From Candidatus Heimdallarchaeum aukensis (GTDB lineage Archaea; Asgardarchaeota; Heimdallarchaeia; Heimdallarchaeales; Heimdallarchaeaceae), in assembly GCA_021513695.1 (NCBI GenBank), contig CP084166.1, positions 448,001 through 512,000 on the forward strand: a stretch of 64,000 nt of DNA. Reading direction: 5' to 3'. This document shows, in pieces, positions 50,270 to 58,373 of the stretch. The first letter of the stretch is position 1, and the number at the start of each line of letters is the position of its first letter. The notes beneath the pieces were generated by a model that was not told the DNA's origin, made no database searches, and was given only the letters and a program-made list of their open reading frames with translations. The position numbers were made by a program, and so were the translations under genes.

Positions 50270-51031
50270 ATGTTACAACTGAATTATGATATAAAATTTA
50301 GAAAGGATTTCATTCATGGAATTCTTTATTTGCCGGATGAAGAGGGGCAGTTCCCTTTAGTTATAAGATTGAACGGTTTTCCGGGCAATTCTCCAGAAAA
50401 AGAAGAACAAAGATTAGCAGATATTATCACCCAGAATAATATGGCTTTTTATGCCTTTGACTATGTAGGAGTAAGAAAAAGTACAGGGACATTTAATTAT
50501 TATACGAGTTTGGAAAACATAAATACTGTTATAACAGATTTATCACATCATCCTCGAATTAATCCTGCAAAGATTGCTCTTCTTGGAGAAAGCTTCGGAG
50601 GAGCAATGGCAATAAGCCAAGGAGTAAGAGACCAAAGAATAAAATGTATTGTTTTAAGGTCTCCTGTATATGATACTGAAGTTATTCCTCAAATACCGTC
50701 TTTTAATACTTTAGTTAAAATATGGTCCAGAAACAATCAAATACGTTTCCCTAAAGGAGACATAAGTGAATTATACTACAAACAAACTAATCTTTACAAT
50801 CCTAAAAAAATAGCAAATTTAGTTAATTGCCCCGTAAAATTGATTGCAGGAGATAAAGATGAGTTGTTGGAAGTTAAGGGTTTTAGAGAACTTTACAAAT
50901 GTTTACCACGGAAACTAAGAAAAGGAATTGATATCATTAAAGGAGCAGATCATAACTTTACTAAACAAAAACAGTTTATAGAATTAAAGAGTGAACTTTC
51001 CAGCTTTTTGACTTGTTGCCTTTTAGGGTAA
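50270..51031 (+). CDS. alpha/beta-hydrolase, duplicate copy (identical to 47573..48334)
   Basis: 100% identical 253-aa product. Confidence 0.65.
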   Translation: MLQLNYDIKFRKDFIHGILYLPDEEGQFPLVIRLNGFPGNSPEKEEQRLADIITQNNMAFYAFDYVGVRKSTGTFNYYTSLENINTVITDLSHHPRINPAKIALLGESFGGAMAISQGVRDQRIKCIVLRSPVYDTEVIPQIPSFNTLVKIWSRNNQIRFPKGDISELYYKQTNLYNPKKIANLVNCPVKLIAGDKDELLEVKGFRELYKCLPRKLRKGIDIIKGADHNFTKQKQFIELKSELSSFLTCCLLG

Positions 51032-51043
51032 ATAACTTATGGA

Positions 51044-51517
51044 GTGCAAAAGATGAAGAAAAAAATAATCTACAACAATGAAGAATACATAATAGAAGCT
51101 AAAGGAGAAGACGAGATAGTAGTGAATAATAAGACTTTCAAAGTTAACTTAAAAGAGAAAAACAAGAATTTTTTCAATATAGAAATTCAAGGAAAGAAGT
51201 TTATTATAGAAGTAAGAGAAGGAGAATTCTATTTAGACGGAGAGAAAATAGAAAAATTATCAATTAGCCCCTATTTTCCACAATTAAAGAAACAAAAACA
51301 AATGATTAACTCTCAAAAAGAAGTAGTAAAAGCACCTATACCAGGAACTATAACTCAAATACTAGTTAAAGAAGGAGATACAGTAAAAAAAGACCAAGAA
51401 TTATTTATCCTTGAAGCGATGAAAATGAGAAATAGAATCTTAACAACCATTGACAAAGGTGTAGTAAAAAAATCTACGTTAGCGAGAATGAAACTGTATC
51501 TCAAGATCAAAAACTAG
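51044..51517 (+). pseudogene. biotinyl-domain protein, duplicate copy with 1-nt homopolymer deletion changing the C-terminal ~20 aa
   Basis: Identical to 48347..48838 until …KGVVKK. An A7 vs A8 tract shifts the frame (…STLARMKLYLKIKN). The EAMKM site is retained. Confidence 0.5.
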
Positions 51518-51769
51518 CTATAATTGAAAATTAAATAAAAAAATAACAAAACAAATTTATTGCAAAAATAATTTAAAATTCGCACAAATATTTGGATACT
51601 TCTTCTTTTTTAAATTCAAATTTTATCAAAAACTTGAAAAGAATGCTAAATAGTCTATTTTTTAAATAAATAGGAAACAAAAAAAGTTTAGACTAAGTGG
51701 TTAGTTTTTGAAGTATAAATGAGGAGAAATAGGAACTGTATAATTTAAAGAAGAATAAAAAAAATAGGA

Positions 51770-52999
51770 CTAATCAACCATAAGTTTGGGAAATTTTGAA
51801 AGTTCCATTAATTTCATGAATTTTTTTCCTTTCTTAAAAATAGTATCTATACATTCAATTATTATATCCAAAAGCTCTTCTACTTTTTCTTTTTTTACAG
51901 GTTTTAGTCCATGAGCAAGTATTGATTCATTTCTCTCTTTTAAAAGGTCTTTCATTTTGTTGGATGAAGAAAACATTTTCCCAAGATCATCATTCAAATC
52001 GTCTAAAACTAGATAACAATCATATAATCCCAACTTTACTTTTGAACCATTACTTTTTCTTTCTTTGAAATAACTTATACGTTGAGAAGAAACTCCTAAC
52101 TTTTCTAATTGCTCTAAGGATATGTCATGGGGAGGTAAATTGTAGGCACTCTTTAATCTATACTGTGCCATAAGTTCTACAGCTCTGTAGAGCCTAGCCA
52201 TTGCATCATCAAACTTTTCTTCTTTTAATCGACGTTTTGCGTTATTTAATAAATCTGCAAGAAAATAAAGGTCTTTCTCTATTTTTTTATCACTTTTATG
52301 TAACAAGTCGCACAAAAATTCTTTATTAAAACTATATTCTTTGCCAAGCTGTTTCATTTTATCAAAAGCTTCTTTATGGTTAAATCTATCCCATAAACTA
52401 AAAGAATCAATTAAATTGTAATAGTATTCTTTTGTTTTGTCTCCGTTTAATAATACTATTTCATCTAAATAATTTCGTGCAGCATTATATCGATAATTAT
52501 TGAAAGATTCTTTCATTCTCCTTAACAATAATTTGTCATATACTGAATAAAGACTTTGCTCGACAATTCTTTCAGTACCTGAAAGAACAACACCATCTTT
52601 TCTTCTGCCTGAAATCAAAGTTAGTTTTTTGTGAAAAAGTACTGCAGCGATAGCTGCACTCATAGTCATTGTTTTTGTTCCAGAAGTATAGTCAATTATT
52701 ATTTCAGAATTGGAATACTTGTATATCTCATTCTGAATTAGTTGAAAACAACTATCAAAATCATCAATAGAAGTAAATTGAATAAATTCGTAAGAAGACA
52801 ATTCCTTGTTATACTGTGATTTATGTTGCCTTTCTATCTCCTTTATTGTTTTACGACTGTCTTCAGAACCAAAAAAAACAATATGATCAGGTTTATAGTG
52901 TTCAATACAAACTAGCAGTCCATGAGCTAAACTCTCAATTTTCTTGTCAACGTCCTCCCCTATTGCAGTTCCTACAGTCATAAAAAGAATACGTTTCAT
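51770..52999 (-). CDS. csx1: CRISPR ancillary CARF-HEPN protein (Csx1/Csm6 family)
   Basis: N-terminal Rossmann-like CARF (MKRILFMTVGTA…; DYTSGTKTMTM matches D-x-T-x-G-x-K/R). C-terminal RNESILAH matches the HEPN R-x4-6-H motif. Directly downstream of the cmr operon. Confidence 0.7.
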   Translation of the reverse strand: MKRILFMTVGTAIGEDVDKKIESLAHGLLVCIEHYKPDHIVFFGSEDSRKTIKEIERQHKSQYNKELSSYEFIQFTSIDDFDSCFQLIQNEIYKYSNSEIIIDYTSGTKTMTMSAAIAAVLFHKKLTLISGRRKDGVVLSGTERIVEQSLYSVYDKLLLRRMKESFNNYRYNAARNYLDEIVLLNGDKTKEYYYNLIDSFSLWDRFNHKEAFDKMKQLGKEYSFNKEFLCDLLHKSDKKIEKDLYFLADLLNNAKRRLKEEKFDDAMARLYRAVELMAQYRLKSAYNLPPHDISLEQLEKLGVSSQRISYFKERKSNGSKVKLGLYDCYLVLDDLNDDLGKMFSSSNKMKDLLKERNESILAHGLKPVKKEKVEELLDIIIECIDTIFKKGKKFMKLMELSKFPKLMVD

Positions 53000-53111
53000 G
53001 GTAAACCACTAACTAACTTTTAAAATAATTAAATCAAAATTTTTAAGCGTTACTAAAAACAAATATGTAAATAAAGCAATTACAAGGTAAAAATCCGTCA
53101 TCTTACTCAAC

Positions 53112-53933
53112 TTAAATTACTTTGAAACGGCCATAACCTAATGCAGTTTTTGCACCTAGTCCATGAATTTTCAATATGCCTGGCAGTAAGCTATTAATAA
53201 AATTCAAGTCTTCATCCATTTCAGTATAGTTTCTCTTTGGTAATAGCACAATTTGAAACTCTTGTTCAACATCAACAGCAAGAAACGGAATAGGAATAGG
53301 CTTCATCCAATCTCCTGGTGCTTCTTTTTCCAAATAATATTGTGAATAATGAGGAGTAATAATTTCTCCTTTTAATCTTGGAAATTTAGTTGGTAACATG
53401 TCTAAAAATATCATAGAACCAACTTCATTTGAGAGAGTTTTTTGATTTTCTTCTTTTGATAAAGAACCAAAAATTCTCTTTATTTGTTTTTTTTCGTTAT
53501 CGTCGTCCATTAGATCTATTATATAATCACGGATAGCACCTTTCAACGAGCTACCAGGTAGAAAAGGAACACCTAATGTATAGTGCCACAGAAAACCCAC
53601 TTCAATTGGATGTGGAAGACCAACACCTGTAATAAATGGAGTCAAAGTTCTAACATAAATAATTCTTCCATTTCGCTGTTCAGACAACAATAGTCTATGC
53701 TCAATGCATCTCTTAAGTAAAAAATTTTCATGTTTTACTTCATTATCAGTAAGTTTAGTAAAATGTTCAATCCATTTTTTCTTTCCCTCACTTATATATT
53801 CGATGTAATTATTTTTTTTCCACTTGTCAAAAAATTTTGAGTAGACTAAACCCTTGTTTGCACATTTATAGTTTTCATAGAAAAAGTTTTGTTCATTAAA
53901 CTTATGTCCTTTATAGATTACATTAGTCAGTTT
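53112..53933 (-). CDS. cmr6: type III-B RAMP Cmr6 (Cas7 group); ORF track start at 53690 (TTG), but the stop-free frame extends to 53933
   Basis: GLPHPIEVGFLWHYTLGVPFLPGSSLKGAIRDY (P-x-(I/L)PGSS-x-KG-x-x-R RAMP hallmark). The same frame stays open for 81 further codons upstream, up to the stop at 53934-53936, and encodes plausible protein (KLTNVIYKGHKFNEQNFFYENYKCANKGLVYSKFFDKWKKNNYIEYISEGKKKWIEHFTKLTDNEVKHENFLLKRCIEHRLL…), but contains no in-frame ATG/GTG/TTG. Confidence 0.55.
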   Translation of the reverse strand, partial: KLTNVIYKGHKFNEQNFFYENYKCANKGLVYSKFFDKWKKNNYIEYISEGKKKWIEHFTKLTDNEVKHENFLLKRCIEHRLLLSEQRNGRIIYVRTLTPFITGVGLPHPIEVGFLWHYTLGVPFLPGSSLKGAIRDYIIDLMDDDNEKKQIKRIFGSLSKEENQKTLSNEVGSMIFLDMLPTKFPRLKGEIITPHYSQYYLEKEAPGDWMKPIPIPFLAVDVEQEFQIVLLPKRNYTEMDEDLNFINSLLPGILKIHGLGAKTALGYGRFKVI

Positions 53934-54223
53934 TCATTCACCTCAACCTTGGCTTGAGCTAGTTTTTTTAGCCATCCAAGGAACTCTAAAGTTTCTATCT
54001 GTGCAAGAATATACTCATCTTGTGTTGCATTTGTAATGTTATAAATTAAATCATTAGAATCTGTAAAAATATTCACCTTTTTTAACCATGTTTCTATAAT
54101 ATCAACAATTTTTTTATGGGCCTTTTTATCGCCATTATCGGGTTTAGGAGTTGCACTTGCTAGTTCCATTGCAATGGCTTGTCCAAGACCATTCATTACA
54201 ATTGTAGCTGGTAAACTTTTCAC
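53927..54223 (-). CDS. cmr5: small alpha-helical subunit, Cmr5/Cas11-like (by position and size)
   Basis: 98-aa predicted all-helical protein between cmr4 and cmr6. No diagnostic motif. Confidence 0.4.
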   Translation of the reverse strand: MKSLPATIVMNGLGQAIAMELASATPKPDNGDKKAHKKIVDIIETWLKKVNIFTDSNDLIYNITNATQDEYILAQIETLEFLGWLKKLAQAKVEVNEN

Positions 54224-54327
54224 ATAACTTAAAAAGCTTGAATTGTTTATTTCGTCATCATCAATTACTTCATTTATTGATGCTAAAGCAAATTTAGCCC
54301 TATCGTTATCTGATAAAAACTCCAGAT

Positions 54328-55275
54328 TTATTCACCTCCTTTATCTGCATCAATTTTATCTATATGATGAATGATTTTTTCTGCATAATCCAGTTTTACA
54401 TGAAACCAACCTTGACCAACAGTTTCATTTCCTCCGATCTGGAGAAAACAACTATTAGTTAATAAATTGTCCAAAAAATCAATTCCATCTTCCTCAGAAA
54501 AAACTAAGCAATACATTAGAGTATCAGAGGAAATGTACTCTTCGTACCACAAATTTCTGCTTGACTTTGTCTCTGAATTTAATATATTCCTTGCTCGTAT
54601 TTCTAACCCAAAATTTGCGAACCATTTAAAATCATCATTATGAAGTATAACAAGCTGGTCTTTTAGTCTGTTCCTTACATCATCATCGGGTATCATAGCT
54701 GATAATAAATTAGCCAAATTGTCTATACCTTCACTTTCTTCTTTTTCAAATTGCCGTTCTTCAAGAAAAATATATTGTTCATTCACACAAGATAGAGTTT
54801 TTCCTCTTGTCACTTCGGGAATTGTAAATGAATATTTTATTCCTAAGCGTTTTAGGTCTCTTTTCAGTCTTTCTAATATATATGGACAAGTAATCCATCT
54901 ATAATTCGTCAATAAACTTCGTACTGGTAGCAATAGTAAGCGTGCATCAGAAATTAATAATTTTCCAGCAGAATCAGAACTTCCAAAGTACTTATCAACC
55001 TTTTTATTTGTTATATTAGAATTAACACCAACATTCTCATTAGCTAAACCACGCAGTGAGCCTTTTAAACTAGTGCTTGGTATGAAAGGATAACTTGTAA
55101 TTGTTTCACGAGCTACGGGACAATCTACTATTGATGTAGGATGTCCAGTTCCTGTATGAACAAATGTTTCAGCCAACATTTTCATTATTTTCCCTTTTAA
55201 ATTCGACTTCTTTTCATTTTGTTCCATATTAATCACCTCTTTCCCATTTTCCAAAAAGAAATTGTCCAAATCCAA
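54328..55275 (-). CDS. cmr4: type III-B RAMP Cmr4 (Cas7 backbone subunit)
   Basis: LAETFVHTGTGHPTSIVDCPVARE…YPFIPSTSLKGSLRG, classic Cmr4/Csm3 N-terminal signature. Confidence 0.75.
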   Translation of the reverse strand: MDLDNFFLENGKEVINMEQNEKKSNLKGKIMKMLAETFVHTGTGHPTSIVDCPVARETITSYPFIPSTSLKGSLRGLANENVGVNSNITNKKVDKYFGSSDSAGKLLISDARLLLLPVRSLLTNYRWITCPYILERLKRDLKRLGIKYSFTIPEVTRGKTLSCVNEQYIFLEERQFEKEESEGIDNLANLLSAMIPDDDVRNRLKDQLVILHNDDFKWFANFGLEIRARNILNSETKSSRNLWYEEYISSDTLMYCLVFSEEDGIDFLDNLLTNSCFLQIGGNETVGQGWFHVKLDYAEKIIHHIDKIDADKGGE

Positions 55276-56389
55276 ATTCAGTTAATTTACCTATTTTATT
55301 GGAAACCAATCTTTTTAATGAAGATGTATTTTTTTCATCAAAAAAGAATGTAGACCCTGGAGGAATAAAAGGTCTGACTTCTAGAGGTTCTTTTTTTACT
55401 GCATTCCATCCTCCAATGCGAAGAATATCACCAATGTTAGCACCTATAACCTCAGAACCAAACTTTTTTGACAAAAATGTCATAACTTCATCTAGAGAAT
55501 CTCCTAAATATGCAGGAGTAATAAATGTAATTGTAAAATTATCAGAAACTGTTGAAATAGGGGGTATTTTATCAATTACTGGGAATTCTATTTCCTTGTA
55601 ACTAATATTAGCTATCTTTCCTTCTCCACCTATACGGTTACACCAATTTTCAATTGAGTCAAGTAAATCAATACCATTGACTTTCATACAAAGTACAATA
55701 TTTTCTAACCTTATCATTTGACGCGAAAATAAATTTCCAGTAACTGCAGTATTGGTTGTAGGATCTATTTCAATACCAATCTCATTTTCTTTTTGCCATA
55801 ATTTATTCTCAGAGAGAAAACGAACATTTTTAAGACTTTCAGAAGAAAAGGACAATAATCTTTCTAGATCATCAAATTTAACATAATAATTTTGTAATGT
55901 TTTATAACCATAATTACCACTTCTTCTTGGAAGTAAAATACTCTTTCTATCATGTTTGTCTTTACTTATACTTGACAAATACTTTTGTTTAGAAGGAATT
56001 AAATAATCCAGATCTACAATCTCTTCGTTTTTTTGAGAGGAAATGTGTCCAATTATATGTAAAGGAACAGGAAATAAAGGATGAAATTGATTATCCTCTT
56101 TTAATAATAAGTAAGGACCAAAAAAGTCTAAAGGCCCAAGATCGGTACCATCACCCAATTTACTAATTATATTTTCATCCCATTTACTGCTTCCATCCCA
56201 TCCATAATATCGAGCTAGTAAGGATCTTATTAGTCCAGTAATTGAAAATGGAGATGGTGGAAAAACACTTTTAACAAAATCTGACGAACTATCACTTTTA
56301 TAGAAAGAATAGTTTCCTCTAAAAAACAACCTATCTAAAGGTTCAATTATGAAACACTGTTCCTTAGCCATTTTTATTACCAACCCCAT
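55229..56389 (-). CDS. cmr3: type III-B Cmr3 (Cas5 group)
   Basis: IIEPLDRLFFRGNYSF…SVFPPSPFSITGLIRS (PLDPLFFRD / FPPSPST-x-x-GALR Cmr3 hallmarks). Confidence 0.7.
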   Translation of the reverse strand: MGLVIKMAKEQCFIIEPLDRLFFRGNYSFYKSDSSSDFVKSVFPPSPFSITGLIRSLLARYYGWDGSSKWDENIISKLGDGTDLGPLDFFGPYLLLKEDNQFHPLFPVPLHIIGHISSQKNEEIVDLDYLIPSKQKYLSSISKDKHDRKSILLPRRSGNYGYKTLQNYYVKFDDLERLLSFSSESLKNVRFLSENKLWQKENEIGIEIDPTTNTAVTGNLFSRQMIRLENIVLCMKVNGIDLLDSIENWCNRIGGEGKIANISYKEIEFPVIDKIPPISTVSDNFTITFITPAYLGDSLDEVMTFLSKKFGSEVIGANIGDILRIGGWNAVKKEPLEVRPFIPPGSTFFFDEKNTSSLKRLVSNKIGKLTEFGFGQFLFGKWERGD

Positions 56390-58373
56390 GTTGATAAAGA
56401 AATTTTATAATATCAAGAAAACTTATAAAAAACTCATTTTCAGAGCTTTCAGGTATATACTCATTATTCTCATCTAATACTCTATATGACCGCTTCATTA
56501 GTTTAATCAATAAGCAAATAGTGGAATCTAATTTTTCGTTATTTAATTTTCTGTTTTCATGAGTAACAAATTCAGATTTTAATACTGTACTCAAATCTTT
56601 TCCAAAATCAGATATCTTTACAACATTTAGAGATTTACTTATTTCTTTATTTTCGTTTAATTTTCTAAAGACATTTCTAATTCTATACAATGCTCCTATC
56701 GAAAGATCGACATTAGAATCATAAAATAATTCAGAAATAAATTTCTCAAAATCATATCCATTTTTCTCAATAGAAGAAATAACGTCAAAAGTTGTTACAT
56801 ATTGATATTCTTTAGTTCCTCCTTTTAATAATGAAATTGCAATACTAGATCGACCATTATAATCTTTTGCAACTTCATCCAAAAGATAATGAGCTTTTTT
56901 CAAGACATCTTGTAAAGGATCATTAAAATGAGCGAAAACAATTCCTGCGGACATTGTTGCTTTTTTAGCATGCTTATCCATTTCTTCAACAAATCTATTA
57001 TTAATTGAAATTGCACATGAAATAACTTTATTTATTGGAACAAAAGCTAGAACATCGTCACCTCCAGCGTAAACAAGTACTCCATTATAATTTCTTACAA
57101 TTTCTTCTACTTCAATTGCAAATTTGGCAAGAATCTTACTAACTTTTTTTATAGCTTCTTTTTCTCCTTTTTCTTTCAATTTTTTGATAACATCACCTAT
57201 TTTATCACCATCCATTATCAGAACAGAGTAATAAGGTGATGGTATTATTTCACACTTATCGTAAATATTATCAACAAGATTTTTAGAAAGTTTTTTTCGA
57301 TATTCTTCGTATTCGGATGGAAACATAATTTTATTCTCATTTTTTAATAAGTCAGTATAATAAAGTTGAGCATCTAACTGAAAGAAAGGTTTGATTGCCT
57401 TTGCATCTTCTGATGCTCCTTCTTTATTGAAATTAAAATCAAACCATTGAGTAACATTAGGTCTTTTCAAATGTGATAAATCTTTGACTTTTTTAGCAAA
57501 ACTAATCAAAGATTTTCTCAATTCTAAATCTGTAGCAGCTTTTTCTTCTAACATGAACAACCAAGGTAAAGCTGCAATATAAACCGTTGAGGGCCAGTTT
57601 AGTATAGTTTTGCTTTTTAGAATTTCTTCTGAACATAAAGGAAACAATCGTTTTATTAATGCAATAGAAGAAAGCCTTTCATCATCTTTTAGTACGTATT
57701 TTAAAATATTTTTTCTAACTCGTTCCCAAAATGCATCTTGCTTATCTTTTTCACTTGTACTTTTTCCTCTGATAAAACCCGATAATTCTTGCCAATTTCC
57801 CATCATTTTACAACGATCACCCTTCTCAACAGGGAAAGAAAAAGGTGACCAAAGTTTAAAGTTAGAGAAATATTTTATTTCTTCTTCATTTTCTACTATT
57901 AACCATCGTATATTCCAAAAATTACTAGTTTGTCTAGCCCAAATCTTCTTTACTTCTGGATATTGTTTTTCTAGACTTGAAAAATATCTATCCCAAATCG
58001 TATCACAAATCCTCAACCATTCATTTCTAACAACAATTTCTGCTTTTTTAGCTAATTGAAAAGGATCTTTGCTTTTAGTTTTTATCACAGCTTGGTTTGG
58101 AATTGAACCTACTTTTGGGACTCCTTCAAGACCTTTGGTTTCATTCTTATCTGATTTTTCTTTTAAAGCATTTATAAAGGAATAAAATTCATTTCCATCT
58201 AGATTAGGCGATTCTATTGTTCCTCCAGAAATCATAAATTCATGCAATGCAACCCCAGTTAAGTAAGAAAGCAAATAAGAACCTACCCATAAATCTTGAG
58301 TCTTTCTAGCTTGTGCAATAAAAGACTGAACTGGGCCTATGGAAAAAATAATTGTAGTCTCATTAGTATCCAT
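56364..58373 (-). CDS. cas10: Cas10/Cmr2 large subunit, HD-domain-less, cyclase palm with intact GGDD
   Basis: 669 aa. N-terminal FSIGPVQSFIAQARKTQDLWVGSYLLSYL (Cmr2-type). VYAGGDDVLAFVP palm motif. No H-D nuclease motif at the N-terminus. Confidence 0.75.
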   Translation of the reverse strand: MDTNETTIIFSIGPVQSFIAQARKTQDLWVGSYLLSYLTGVALHEFMISGGTIESPNLDGNEFYSFINALKEKSDKNETKGLEGVPKVGSIPNQAVIKTKSKDPFQLAKKAEIVVRNEWLRICDTIWDRYFSSLEKQYPEVKKIWARQTSNFWNIRWLIVENEEEIKYFSNFKLWSPFSFPVEKGDRCKMMGNWQELSGFIRGKSTSEKDKQDAFWERVRKNILKYVLKDDERLSSIALIKRLFPLCSEEILKSKTILNWPSTVYIAALPWLFMLEEKAATDLELRKSLISFAKKVKDLSHLKRPNVTQWFDFNFNKEGASEDAKAIKPFFQLDAQLYYTDLLKNENKIMFPSEYEEYRKKLSKNLVDNIYDKCEIIPSPYYSVLIMDGDKIGDVIKKLKEKGEKEAIKKVSKILAKFAIEVEEIVRNYNGVLVYAGGDDVLAFVPINKVISCAISINNRFVEEMDKHAKKATMSAGIVFAHFNDPLQDVLKKAHYLLDEVAKDYNGRSSIAISLLKGGTKEYQYVTTFDVISSIEKNGYDFEKFISELFYDSNVDLSIGALYRIRNVFRKLNENKEISKSLNVVKISDFGKDLSTVLKSEFVTHENRKLNNEKLDSTICLLIKLMKRSYRVLDENNEYIPESSENEFFISFLDIIKFLYQHGVGNKNG

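Larger units (their letters stand above)
46995..52386. repeat. near-perfect direct tandem duplication, 2 x ~2696 bp (copy A 46995-49690, copy B 49691-52386)
   Basis: Offset 2696-2697 nt. The only differences seen are homopolymer-length/adjacent changes: A13 at 47548-47560 vs aaaaataaaaaaaa in copy B, and A8 at ~48768-48775 vs A7 in copy B. Duplicated ORFs are 47573/50270 and 48347/51044. The 3' megasynthase fragment is at 49680. The csx1 fragment is at 49074. Confidence 0.95.
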
